A stretch of DNA of 63,515 nt, filler included, from Chiloscyllium plagiosum (GCF_004010195.1; 5 parts of one record of this genome joined end to end with filler, not necessarily neighbours in it), one strand, 5' to 3'; positions 1 to 12,339 are shown, counted from the whole stretch's first letter. Notes: generated by a model from the letters alone, not told the origin. Numbers and translations are program-made.

Positions 1-330
1 TGGAGTGTAAAAGTTTGAGTGGTGACATTATAGAAGTTTATAAAATCACGAGAGGCATGGATAGGGTGAATAGCCAATGCCTTTTCCACGGGATGCGGGA
101 GTTCAAACATAGAGTGAATAGATTTAAGGTTAAAGAGGGAATATTTAAAAGGAACGAAGGAGGAACAGTTTTACACAGTGGATGGTGTGGGTATAGAATG
201 AGCTGCCAGACGAAGAGTGCTACAACATTTAAAACTGTTTTGGACAATCATATGAATGGGAAACATTTCGTGGTATATTGGCCAAATGAAAGCAGATGGG
301 ACGAGTTAATTTAGAAAACCTGGCTAGCAT
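1..330 (+). mobile_element. CR1-clade (HER1-like) LINE, 3' end of ORF2 and 3' UTR
   Basis: Translation GDIIEVYKITRGMDRVN..LF matches the typical CR1 ORF2 C-terminus; similar to 52760-53085. Confidence 0.8.
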
Positions 331-374
331 GGATATTTAGAAAAGCTCCACCCAGTTCAGTGCGGCCTTTTTTT

Positions 375-622
375 AAAGATTACTTGCAGCTTGGAACGGA
401 CCCCCCGGCCCAACGAGTCCACACCGAGCAATTTAGCGTGGACAATTCGCCTAATTGGCACATTTTTTTGCACTGTGGGTGGAAACTCCAGCCCCTGGAG
501 GCAACCCACACAGACACGGAGAGAATGCAAACTCCACGCATTGGCTCGCCTGAGGCGGGAATTGAACCTGAGTCTTTAGCGTTAGGAGGCAGTAGTGCTA
601 ACCTCTGTGCCACCGTGCTGCC
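375..622 (-). mobile_element. HE1-like tRNA-derived SINE
   Basis: Minus strand starts GGCAGCACGGTGGCACAGAGGTTAGCACTACTGCC with a GGTTCAATTCC B-box; homologous to five other copies in the window. Confidence 0.85.
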
Positions 623-659
623 TACAGTGAAAGTGGGAATATGTTTTGCCCTGTAAAAC

Positions 660-1540
660 CATGCAAAGTATTTCTGGAGATGCCTGAGATTGGAACAAGC
701 GGACGAGATAAAGGGGACCTGATAGACACTAGGCTTTCCAGAGATTCTCCACAAGGTGTTACAAAATAAAAGTTCAAACACAAGACAGAAGTTTGTTGGA
801 TGATGGCTAATGCGGTAACATGGGATGATGTTTGGTTAACACTGAATTCGGAGAGTCAGGATTAATGGATCTTCATGATCAAGGTGTATCTGCTTGAGTA
901 CCACAAATATCAGTCCAATGGCATCAGTTATTTACATTCTATACTGATAGCCTGACGGCGGGAGCTAAGTGCAATACACATCCGAGGTTGTGGATGACTC
1001 TGACAATCAAAAGGCAGGCTGTTATTAAATGGAGGAGACTTCCAGAACAGGAGCAGTACAAAGGGTTTGGAGTGTTCGTGTGCATGAAACATAAAGGCAG
1101 CGTGCTGATGCAGCAAGTTACTAGGTTGCTTCATCAGGCGGCTTCCTGTGCTGAAAGGGTTGAGTTATTGCGATCCTCTAAGATGGTGAGGCGATTATTC
1201 ATTGGGGTTTAAATGAATGAGGAGTAATATCGCTGAAAAATATAAGACAAAGAAAGGGCTTGAGAATGTAGATATTGGCAAGTTGTTTCCACTCCTGGGT
1301 GGAGTCTCAAACTCGAAGATATACATACCGAATATGGAACATCGATTTCAATCTGAGACACAGTCATATCGTATTTCAGAAGGTAGTGAATGTCCGGAAT
1401 TCCATAACCCAGACAGGTATGAATACATATACGGAGTCGGCAAGAAAGTGGAGCTGAGCCCTGAAGTAGATCAGCTATGTTCTTATAAATGACAGGGCAA
1501 CGCTGAGGGCCGAATAGCCTACTCTTGATCCTATTTATTC
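660..1540 (+). mobile_element. Old, highly decayed CR1/L2-group LINE fragment ending in a 3' tail
   Basis: Decayed RT-like stretches and a tail GAGGGCCGAATAGCCTACTCTTG resembling other LINE tails in the window. Confidence 0.5.
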
Positions 1541-1899
1541 ATTTGACATGTTATGCTTTTGGAAAGTAACTGATTATTTCCCTGGAAGTTGTGTTATACA
1601 ATGTTGCATTCAGGGAGAGCAGAGGATTTATTTGAATAAACCCCTAGTGGGGTATGGCGGCTATATTCCCAGCATATCTGGGTCTGTAGCATGACCCACA
1701 TCTGGAAACAGGGGGTGGGGTCGCTTCCTGACCCAGCCTGCATTTTCCAAATACATTTCCAAAACTGCACCTCACCATCGGAGTGGGCTCGATCTGTCCT
1801 TCTATAGCAGGTTCGAAGGGCTGAATGGAACATCAGAACACAGAACTGAGAAAATGAGTGGATCATTCGGCCCTTTGACACTAGTCCACCAGTAAATAA

Positions 1900-2197
1900 A
1901 GGAGCAAATGCTGGAAAATCTCAGCAGGTCTGGCAGCATCTGTAAGGAGAGAAAAGAGCTGAGTTTCGAGTCTAACTGAACCTCTGCCAAAACTAAAGAA
2001 AAGTGGAGAAATAGGGCGGTATTTTTCCTCGTATAAATACCTCCCAATTTCTCCACATTGTTTTAGCTTTGACATAGGGTCAGTTAGACTCTAAAGGTCA
2101 GCTATTTCTTTCCTTACAGATGCTGCCAGACCTGCTGAGATTTTCCTGCATTTTCTCTTTTGGTTTCAGATTCCAGCATCCGCAATGATTTGCTTTT
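1900..2197. mobile_element. Penelope-like pseudo-LTR fold-back insertion with 15-bp target-site duplication
   Basis: About 1906-1996 is the imperfect reverse complement of about 2060-2152; TCCACCAGTAAATAA is repeated at 1885-1899 and 2198-2212. Confidence 0.75.
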
Positions 2198-2604
2198 TCC
2201 ACCAGTAAATAAGTTCGTGTTCTCTCATTGTGGTCCGAGCTGCACGTTCCTCTCCATATACCATTATCCCTGATTCACCTGTGTATAGACAACCAGACGA
2301 TGCCAGCCTCAATATAATATAAAGATTCAGCCATCACAAACTTCTAGGAAAGAGAATTCCCACTTGAATGTATTTCCACCTGGTGAATTTTCCCAATTCC
2401 TGCTCTGACTGAGGTTGGAAGGTGTCATTGTTTCCTTTCCTAGTCCCGTTCCTCCACCGCTTCCAACAAATTTTAAATGTTACCCAGTTGGCGATATGGC
2501 CAAAGATAAAGGTCTCAGACTGGGTCATGTTCAGTGATAAGAACGATTCAGGCAGATCACTTTCGTCAGCCACAAGTAACTAATTGAAGTAACGGATGTG
2601 CATG

Positions 2605-2932
2605 GTGGACCTGCGGTTAGCACTGCTGCCTCCCATCACCAAGGAGCTCGTTTCAATTCCAACCTTGGGCGACGCTCTGTGTGGAGTTTGAGCATTCACT
2701 ATGCAGGTATCTGTGTGGGTTTCCTCTCAATGCTCCAATTTCACCCCACAGTCCAATGATATGTATCTTAGAGTGGATTGGCCATTCTAAATTACCCATT
2801 GTGCCCAGGGATGGGTAGGTTAGTCATGGAAAATGCAGGGATACATGTTTAGCAAAGGGGGGATGCTGTTTTGAGGGTCAGTGTGGACTTGATGGAAGGG
2901 ATATTCTGCTTCCACACTGTAGAGATTCTATG
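2605..2932 (+). mobile_element. HE1-like SINE (older copy)
   Basis: GGTTAGCACTGCTGCCTC head, TGTGTGGAGTTTG core and CCACACTGTAGAGATTCTATG tail. Confidence 0.8.
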
Positions 2933-3590
2933 AAAATGACAAGAAATTGGACTATACCCAGTGTGTATCTATCTGATCTACTATTATCTATGTCTTGTAT
3001 GTTTCAATAAGATCACCTCTCATTCCATGAGTGGCCTGTTAAAGCATCCATAACATAAGGCCCTCATCCCTGGAATACGTGAAGTGAAACATCTCTAAAC
3101 TGCTTCCAATGTAATTATATCATTTCTCAGATAAGGAGACAAAGAAAAACTAATCTCAAACCCGGGTCTTGAGGTTTATTTTTTGTTTTCTCAGCATTGT
3201 AGGTCTTTGGAACTCTCTTTCCCGCAGAGCATTGGCAGCAGAGATATTGAATATTTTTGAGGCACAGACAGAAGTTTCATAAATAGCAACGGAGTTGAGG
3301 ATTATCGGGGATTGGCAGCAACGTGCGGTGTGGGGGGAAATGTAAACAATGGTAACAAATGACACTGCTCCAGCACATTCATTCGTATAATGCAAAAAGA
3401 AATGATAATATTGATAAAATTTTAAGGGGGAATCCAAGATGGCCACGACCCAGAAGGTCTGCTTTACTGTACTCTGCATCACAGCACGGGAAAAGTGGTG
3501 TTCTACCTCACTCCATCCCAGCCATTTACTTAAAAATTCAACAACAAAAGAGCATTTGAAGCTTTACTAATCCAGTTTTGACAAGTGGAA

Positions 3591-5190
3591 ATGACAAAAC
3601 GTGGGAAAGAATCGAGTAAGTCCCAACATGCGGTGCACCCGTCAGAAGCATCGAGCATGCCTAAGGCCGCCGCCTCGACCCAGTCTGCTCATTGAATAGA
3701 CCCAGTTACCCACCAGGCCTTGGTCACGGAGTTATGTGAAATGATTGAAGGCATGATTAAAGAAAAGCTCAGCAGTAGGTTAGAGCCGTTCTCAACCGTG
3801 CTCCAAAAACGTGACTTGAACGCCTTGGAAACAGAACGTATCAGTTTGAGCGCCGAACTGCAGTGGCAGAGACCACAGCTGATTTCTCTAAGGAGCGGTT
3901 GCTTGCCCTTGAAAAACAGGTCAGCACCTGAATTGAACAAGATCACGACCTTGAGAACAGGGGCAGGAGGAAGAATTTTCACATCGTCGGTCTGCTGGAC
4001 CAGACAGCAGGTGGTCAGCCAGTGAGTGTTTTCGTGAACTGGCCACAGCGATTCGTTCACTTCGAAGCTGAAGAAAGACGAGTGAAGAGTGTTAGCGCGC
4101 ATGAAATTATATCAGTCCAAGCCCAGAGTGCGGTTCAACAACCGGTAACTTTTATTGATACAGTAACACCGGCAGAGACCAACCGAGGTCCGAATCTCGA
4201 CTGCTTGGCTGTTCCCCCGCGCTGCTACACATTATATACCTTTCTTTGTCAGGATGTGAGGATTTTGAGTATGAATGGGATGATAGTTCCCCATCATCGT
4301 TGGAGTAGGTGCAAATGGTGGGTTTTCTGCCGTCCCAGGAGAGTTGAAGTGTACACACAATAGGGTGCTAATTGGATTATGTAAACGGGTCTGGGTAATA
4401 TCTGCTTGTCTCTCTCTGTGAGGGCTGGGGCCTAGCACCCCTCTTTGTTCCCTTGGGGTGCTGTTGTGTATTAGTCTGTTCGTTCCTGTCTGGTGGATGC
4501 CTGTCCTTTGTGTCAGGATGGTTCTGTATTGATGAATATGGGTATGTTTCAGTCAGTCTCTTTTGATTAGGAGATGGGTTTCCATATTAATTAGCTCCGG
4601 AATTTCGGTCTATGAGTCATGGTTAGTGTCTGGCCTAGTGTGGATTTGATCTGTCCTCTGGCTCCCATCTCCCGGTCACGTGGGCGGACCGGCAGCTGCT
4701 GAGTTCGGTGGGTTTAAGCTGCGGCTGCCGTTTAAAACACAAAATGAATTCCTATAGTTTTACCGATGTAGGCAAAGTCCCGTGGCAAATGCGGGGCGGC
4801 TCTGAAGCCCGCTGGCAAGAGTGAGACAGTTCATCGGGTTACTGCGCGGAGGTCAGACTCAGAACAAAGCCTTCACCCTGTCCTTGTGCGATTACAAAGT
4901 TATAGGGACAAACAAAGATTGATGGGAGCTTTCAGAACCCAGGGGAAAGGTTTAAGTCTTTAATTCACGAGAGTTCCTGGATTATGTTCTTTCAGGACAT
5001 TTCAGCGGCGGTGATTCAGGAAGGAAAATCTTTTGATGATATCAGGAGAAGAGGAGGGGAACTCGAGATGCAGTATTCCTTACAGTTCCCTGCGGGGCTC
5101 CGTATTGCTTTGAATGGATCCGTGAACCCGTCCTACTCTCCAGAGAAAGCGAAAACGTTGTGGATATTTCAAAATAAGCTGGATGTTTAG
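3591..5190 (+). pseudogene. L1 ORF1p (Transposase_22-like RNA-binding protein), frameshifted and split by a solo LTR
   Basis: LENRGRRKNFHIVGL near 3950-3996; after removing the LTR it reads VKSETVHRV...PVLVRLQSYRDKQRLM; C-terminal FFQDISAAVIQ...YSLQFPAGLRI. Confidence 0.8.
4090..4817 (-). mobile_element. Solo LTR (728 bp) inserted in L1 ORF1
   Basis: TG...CA ends with imperfect inverted termini (TGTTAGC/GCTGGCA); AGAG duplicated at 4086-4089 and 4818-4821; minus-strand TATATAA (4238-4232) upstream of AATAAA (4156-4151). Confidence 0.85.
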
Positions 5191-5741
5191 ATACTCATGG
5201 TTCTCTCTTAAAGAAATTTCATTGGATTTTTCTGGTAGTAACCAGCGTTTAATTATAGTCAGGGATGGGTAGAATACTCAATTTTAAATTTTTCATTAAT
5301 ATTCCTACTCATTTCCTCTTTCTTTGCTTGTGCCTGGGATGCAGCCCAAGTTGGATGGAGTGAGAAATGCGATTGTGATGACTAAGTGCCCACCTAAGGG
5401 CAGTTCAAGGCCGAATTTTTGTTGTTAATTGCCCTGGATGCCATATTCGTAGCGGACAGAAGATAAAGTTTTGTGATATGTAAGCGTCCCCAGTGGGCGG
5501 GGGTGCTGTGGGTATAAATTACCCTATCAAGTGTCATTGGCACTTTGGAATTTCTTTCGTTCTTTGGTTTCTTTATGTGTTTAGTTTTGGAAAGTTTTGA
5601 CAGCTGGTTATGTATGGTAGTTTTAGTTTGTACAGTTTTTAGGCTCTATGATTCTTTTCTCATTAATGAGCAGCGATGTGGTATTCGATGTGAAACTCTG
5701 GAGTTGAAATGTTGCTACAGTGTGTTATAGATGATGATGTG

Positions 5742-6730
5742 CTTAAATGGTGAACCTGGAACATTAAGGGGAGCCATCTGCCGGTCAAAAGGAAAAATAT
5801 GTTTTCTAGTCTTAAAAAGGAGAGGGTGGATGTTGTCCTATTGCAGGAGATGCACCTTGATGACAAGGAACATTTGACGTTACTGCAGGGCGGGTTTGAT
5901 CCGGTTTATTTCTCGTCTTTTAATACTAGGAGCAGGGGAGAAGCCATACTAGACAGGAAGAATCTTCAATTTAAATCATTACATCGTGTTAGACACTCAC
6001 GGGAGTATCATAACCCCCAAAGTCTTGAAGTATGGGAAATAATACAGTATTTTGAATGTTTATTGCCCCCACCCCCGGCGCACCCTATCAAAATCCTGGT
6101 AATTGCATTTTCCAAATTAAGTTATCTTGCATCGTGGCGCAGTGTTGTAGAAGGATATTTCAACTCTCTTATGGACCCCACAGAAGGCAGAATATCAAAA
6201 AGCCCCTCAATACACTCGTTATAATGTAAGCAATTAGTGGAGTTGTGTGCAGAACTAGATGTCTGGAGGCAGATCTACCTCACAAGTAGTGATTTCATTT
6301 TCTTCTTTAACCCACAGAAATGCCACACAGGGGTTGATCTCTTCCCCATCCCTGCAGCAATCTTAGAGTCAGTGGCATCCTGCACAATTGGGAATACTAC
6401 CACAAGATACCTGGCCTAGAAGTGGGATAGATGTCACATAAGATTATGTTGGATACAGATGAGGGTCTTATGTTTTTGCCAAATCCCACAATTTCGGCAG
6501 CTCACGTGATGTAATGTATTAATTTGCTTGTCGCCTTTTCGGGCCATAAGATTAACTTTACAACGTTGGAGGCCATGCCTATGGGTGGCCTTAGGAAAAT
6601 ACCTGATATTGAGGGCAAATCCTGGTCTCCTTTTAAATGGTCACGGGGTGGGGCGGGCGTGTGGTTTTTCTATTTTGGTATATTCATTGCATCCCCCTTT
6701 GATAATTTATTTAAGGTGAACAATGTCCAT
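5742..6730 (+). pseudogene. L1 ORF2 remnant: APE endonuclease joined to a short late-RT fragment
   Basis: TWNIKG...KRKNMFSSLKKERVDVVLLQEMHL, SSFNTRSRGEAIL and GYFN (for GDFN); then FSGHKINF and FFYFGIFI from the end of the RT domain. Confidence 0.8.
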
Positions 6731-7169
6731 GTGTTTGACAAAAGTAAACAAGATGTTCAAAATGGGAAGCACTTCCAATATCCTGGCTAGGTCAGACAGC
6801 TCTTATTAAATGAATGTCCTTCCTCATTTGCCAAACCCCGTGTGAATGTTTCCTTTGATGTTTCCAAGAGCATGAATTTAAGAGAAGGTAATGGCTGGTT
6901 TAGCTCTTTTATTTGGCAGCATGCGCAACTCTTTATCACACTAACCAAATTACTATTTATTCATTATTTATTGTTTATTTTTGTTTTTCTTCTGTCCGTT
7001 TAGTGTTTTTAACTTGTTTTGTATGTACATGCACATGGGTGTAATTTTGATTAGTTATTTCTGTTGTGTTGTAATTGATTTATTATAATATTAAAAATCT
7101 CTTTTTCAATAAAGATATTTTAAAAAATATTAAAATGCTAATATTGATATAATAGAGTCCCAAAGAACT

Positions 7170-7340
7170 CTCATTAGAGAGATCACTCATGGTGATTTAT
7201 CCTGAGGGTCACCACACCTCGGGTGATGGGGTGAGGTTGAGAGAGCGTCCCCTTCATGGTAACCTCTGTCAGTGTGAGGAACTGAACTTGCGCTGTTGGC
7301 CTCCCTCTACATCACAAACCAGCTGTCCAGCCAACTGACT
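7170..7340 (-). mobile_element. Old tRNA-derived SINE fragment (family distinct from HE1)
   Basis: Minus strand CAGTTGGCTGGACAGCTGGTTTGTGATG...AGTTCAGTTCC resembles a tRNA-like head; recognised by eye only. Confidence 0.45.
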
Positions 7341-8039
7341 GGGAAACTGTGTGACTGTTGCACACAGAAACAGTCACAGACAAAGGGCAAGAGAAACATT
7401 CATAATAAGGAAAGTGGTACAATTCAGATAACTGTCAAGATAACGGCTGAGGGTAAAGAACGTTCTCTACTCGAAATTGTATTTTATAAGAAGACGTGTT
7501 TAGAAGCTGTTTTTGGTTTAATATCATTAAGGTGAGTCAAGTGAAAAAAACAAGAATTACTAAGTGTGATTGGATATCTATAACCATAAAATAAGTGTAG
7601 TCTGTGTGAAGCATGCTGACCGTTGCAAGAAAGTATATAGTTGGTGGAATACTGTTAGGAGAGTGCGTTCCATGGGAAATGCCCTCAAACAGGCGCTTGA
7701 AGAAAACTGGGGTAAAAGTGCTTGAGTGCCGTCTGGACAGTGACAGGAAGTAAGGGGGTTGAATGACTCAAAGTTCCTGTAATATGGAGCTGAGAAAAGC
7801 AACAGATCAGCCGGGACCTTATTAAATGCTATACCACGTTTGAAGGGCTGAATGGCCTCAACATGGTTTGAAATGTGTGTGATTTGGAAAACGTCCATCT
7901 CTACTTCTTCCTCTTATGTGTTACACACTGGGGTACTGCCATTTTCCTGAAACTTGGCATTATTTGAAACACTATGTGGAACATTCCATGATTGGTATTC
8001 TCCGGAATATTCTCTAACTGTGTGGGGGGTATTGCAAAG

Positions 8040-8041
<2 letters not shown>

Positions 8042-8076
<35 letters not shown>
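8042..8076 (+). repeat. (GA)n microsatellite
   Basis: Directly visible perfect dinucleotide run. Confidence 0.95.
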
Positions 8077-8077
<1 letters not shown>

Positions 8078-8183
8078 AAAGCTGCTGCTTGCGGCAGTGA
8101 GAATGGTGGAGCATGAGTCTTGTTCCTGCTATAACAGATATACAGTGAGTGTGAGGTAGCAGAGAGAATACTGTGACCCTTAC

Positions 8184-8408
8184 CCTGACAGAGCCAGGAA
8201 GGTCATTGATGGTTTTCCTGTATTGATGGACATTTCTTCAGGCCGCAGATACTGTACTGAGTTAGGTGGTGAACTCAGACCATGTTCGGTGGGTCTAGTG
8301 GTGTGGCCCCGCTCTCGGAATGGAATAGTCCCCCTCTGTACTAGCCCATCCACTATGCACACCATGCACTGTCAGCAAACTGTGTTGTAGTTGCCCCTTA
8401 TCTGCCAT
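8184..8408 (-). pseudogene. Decayed Myb/SANT-like DNA-binding exon of Harbinger/PIF transposon type (NAIF1/MSANTD-like)
   Basis: ATG at 8408; across frameshifts it reads MADKG..., IVDGLVQR, then TWSEFTT*LSTVSAA*RNVHQYRKTINDLPGSVR, ending at a GTAAG donor (8183-8179). Confidence 0.6.
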
Positions 8409-8840
8409 GCTCGGGGTAAACTGTAAAGGGCAGCTCCAAACTGAGAAAGCTCAGCCATGCGCCCCTTGGTATTTTAAAGATGGCACCAGTGCCAGGGAAC
8501 ACAGAATATCTAGGGACATCCGGGTGACTGTGAGTACCTCCAATCATGATGGGTATGAGAATCGAGCTGGCAGTCAATTTGAGGTGAGTGGGGTGGGTGG
8601 TATTTAATGAGTTGAGTTCGATAAGATAGCACCAGGCAACTATCTCAGCTTCGTACAGACAATCCCTCTGTCACACTTAATGAAAATGACACTGCGACAA
8701 ATTACTGTTTTATACAGTTCAATGAGCCGAAGACTCTGCTGTCTTCACTCCCAGTTACAAAGCTGCAGAGCAAATCTTCATTCAAAACTCTCCATCGCCT
8801 GATCTCACAGCAATATTCCAATCACTTATAATTCTTCATA

Positions 8841-8928
8841 ATACTGACCCGTGTTGCATGATACTATCGAAATGGCTTCATTTCATACTGACCCGTGTTG
8901 CATGATACTATCGAAATGGCTTCATTTC
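8841..8928 (+). repeat. Perfect 44-bp tandem duplication
   Basis: 8841-8884 is identical to 8885-8928. Confidence 0.95.
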
Positions 8929-9024
8929 AGTATTCTGAAACCTGTGAACATATCTTCCCATTACATTTTTCTCAGCCTGTCCTTCTCTGTCTCTATCCCG
9001 AAACACACGTATTTACATTCATAT

Positions 9025-11460
9025 GTTTCTACTGCATGGAAACAGGCATTTCGGCCCAGCTGGTCCATGCCGACCAAAATGTATATCCACACTCACCCCA
9101 TTTCCCTGTCCTCGTGCCTTTCCTATCCATGTATTTTCAAAATACCTTTTCAATGTTGTTATTGTACCCACCACAACCACTCCCACTGGCAGCTCAGTCC
9201 ATATGCAAAACACACACTGTGTAAAAAGGTTGACCCTCAGGTTCCTTTTTATTCTTGTCCTCTCTAAACATTAACGGATGTCCTCTAGTCCTTGGTTCTC
9301 CAACCATGCAAAAAAAATGAAATATTCACCCCTATGCATGGCTCTCATGATTTGATAAGAGCTACACTTCTATATAAACCCCCTCAGTTTTCTACGCTGT
9401 AAAGAAATATGTTCTAAGCTGTCCAACTTCTCCCTATAACTCAGACCCTTTAGCCCAGGAACATCTTTGTAAATTTCTTCTACATTCTTAGTTCAATAAT
9501 CTCTTTTCTAGGGCAAGGTGAACAAAACTGAACACAATACTCCAACTGCAGCCTTACCAACATACTGTGCAACTGCAACATAACGTCCCAACTTGTATAC
9601 TCAATGCCCTGATGTCGGCCAATGTGCCAACAGCCTTCTTCACTGTCCTGTATATCTGCGACTCAAATTCAGACAATCCTGCACCTGATTTCCAACATCC
9701 TTTTGTTCCACTACACTCCATAAGGCCCTCTCATTCACCATTAAACTCCCACCTGAATTTGACTTTTCAAAATGCAAGACGTGACACTGATCTATATTAA
9801 ACTCCATTTGCTATTTCTCAGCCCACTTCCCCAGCTGGTCAAGGTACTGCTGCAATTTTGATAACGTTGCTCACTGTAAACGCTGCCTCCAATTTTAGTG
9901 TCATCGGCAAACTTAACCTTGCGTTGTGCACTCTCTTCCAGATCATTGATACAGATAACAAATAGCAATGGGGACAGTACCGACCCCTGAGGCACTCCAC
10001 TAATCACAGGCCTCCAGTCCGACAAGCATACCACAACCATAGCCATTTGCTTCATAATGTCAAACCAATTGTGTCGCCAAATTGCCAGTTTACCTTGGAG
10101 TCCATGCAATCTAACCTTCTGGAGCGTCCTTCCATGTGGAATCTTACCAAAGGCCTTATTGAAATCCATATAGACTATACCCGCCGCCCTGCCCTCGTCA
10201 ACGTTCCTGGTCACTTCCTCAAAAAAATCTCGCAAAATTTGTAAGGCATGCTCTGCCACGCAGAAAGCTATACTGACTGCTCCAAATCAAACTCTGTCTT
10301 TCCAAATGCAGGTATACCTCATGTCTCAGAACCTTCTCAAGCGGTTTACAGAAAGCAGATGTGAAGCTTACTGGTCTATATTTCCCAGGCATTTATTTGG
10401 AGCTGTTTTGAAGAAGAGCACTCCATTTGCGACCGCCCAGTTTTCCGGGACCTTGGCCCTGAACTGTCACCTCTTGCAGTTCTCTTGGATATATCTAGTC
10501 AGGGCCAAGAGATGTAGCTGACTTTGTGCATTCTAATATGTCCATCAACACCTCTACTGTGATATGGACAGTACCAAGATATCAGAACTAACCCCCCAAA
10601 GGTGACAGGTCTTCATGTCCTTCTTCATGGTAAACACAGAGAGGAAATTGAGCACCTCAGCCATCTCTTGAGGTTTTACACATTCGTGCCCATTTTGGTT
10701 TTTAAGGCGTCCTATTCTCTCTCTAGTTGTTCTTTTTCTTTACTATAGTGAATTTGGATTCACCCTAATCTTCTCAGCCAAGCCGATCTCATACTCCCCT
10801 TTCACCTTCGTGATTTCCTTCTTCATTAAACTCCAGTGTCCCTGTGTACCTCCAGGGATTCCTTTGATTCCAGCTGCCTGTACCTGAGCCACGCCTCATT
10901 TTTGATCATCAGAGCCTCAAAATCTCTTGTCATCCAGGGTTTTCTCTTCCAGACTCACTTTCCCTTCACCCTCACAAAAAAGCGTAAACCTTGAACTCGA
11001 GCTATCTCACTTTTACACGCCTCCCTCGTATTTGACATCCTTTTACCTGAAACCAAACTACTCCAATTAACCCCTGTCTAATTGCAACAAAATATGGCTT
11101 GCCCCAATTTAGAACTTGAATCTGTGGGCCAATTTTGTCTTTCCCATAACTATTTTAAAATTAATATAACGTTAGTCACTCTTCCCAAAATACTCCCCCA
11201 CTTTCCCACCGTCACCTATCCATCACGATTTCCCAACAGTCGGTCGAGTTTGTCCCTCCCTTGTAGGACTCTTTATATACTGCTTGGTGAAACTTACTTG
11301 AACAAACTTAAGAAATTAAGTTCCATCGAAGTTCTTAACCATTGGATGTCCCAGTCTATGTGAGGAAAATTTAAATCACCTATCATGACAGTCCTATTGC
11401 TCCTGCTACTCTCACCAGTTTCCATGCATATTTGTTCCTCCAATTCCATTCATGATTTGG
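9025..11460 (-). mobile_element. CR1/HER1-like LINE, degenerate ORF2 (endonuclease remnant, RT, 3' tail)
   Basis: ORF 9792-10259 contains [35 protein letters not shown] and KFADDTK. Confidence 0.9.
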
Positions 11461-12339
11461 AGGTTTATATTGCAAGCACGAGAACATTACCACCCCCTCT
11501 TACTTCCTTGCACCATTCACAAAACCTCATCGGATATTATCTCAGTTATTTCGTCTTTAAATATGTGTGATACTCGTCTTAATCTGAACTATTGGTATTT
11601 CAACTGTTTCCATTTACATCTGTCCCTTGCAATGATTTTCACATCTGCAGCAAGGTACAGTGGAGATATGCAACTGTAACTGGATGGGAGCTGCACATCC
11701 TGTCACTTCCAGCATGGGCTGCAAGTTTCCCCACAGTGGGCAGTGATCTGACACCGTGTTACCGAAAAATGGAACAGCCTGGTTTTGTATATGAATGAAC
11801 CAGTGCGGTCTGCACAGCTCCCCACTCTGGACAGATATCCCAGAATTATAGATCAAATATTGGTGTGGGCTGCACAGAATTCCATTCTGGATATTGCTTG
11901 GTTGCATTCAGCAGTACACTAGCCATATCTACACAGTGCTCCATTTTAAATGTATTATGGATGGGCTAGTTATGTGAGTTGGATTGCTAATGTGAGAGAA
12001 CTAAACATTTGGCAATACCATTATTTTGTGTTTTCATTCTTGTGATTGGACCCTTCAAATCCTGACTCGTCCTTAGACCCGACCCTCTGGATGAGTGATG
12101 TTGTCTGTGGTTAAAGCATCTGGGTGTGCAACATAACCAACAAATGGAGCAGAGGCTGCAGAGAGGACAAACTCCGTAAAATGGAATGAGGGAATCACAG
12201 TCAGATCAGCCGTGGTCTTAGCGAACGATGGGGCAGGATTGAATGGACCACGAATGCAACTTATTCATGCATTTCTGTTTGTTCCAAGCAAACTCTTCTT
12301 CTCTCCCGGTGTCCCATACTGGTGGGGAGTGAGGCACCG

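Larger units (their letters stand above)
3426..7132 (+). mobile_element. L1-clade LINE with both termini, degenerate ORF1 and internally deleted ORF2
   Basis: 5' end GGGGGAATCCAAGATGGCC; ORF1 and ORF2 motifs; AATAAA at 7108-7113 followed by an A-rich tail; 21-bp target-site duplication with 2 mismatches (3400-3420 and 7133-7153). Confidence 0.85.

Noticed and set aside
375..622. tRNA genes at A/B-box-like sequences (also near 2605, 13555, 47790, 49900, 50895)
   Set aside because: They are tRNA-derived SINE heads continuing into SINE core and tail, with no cloverleaf.
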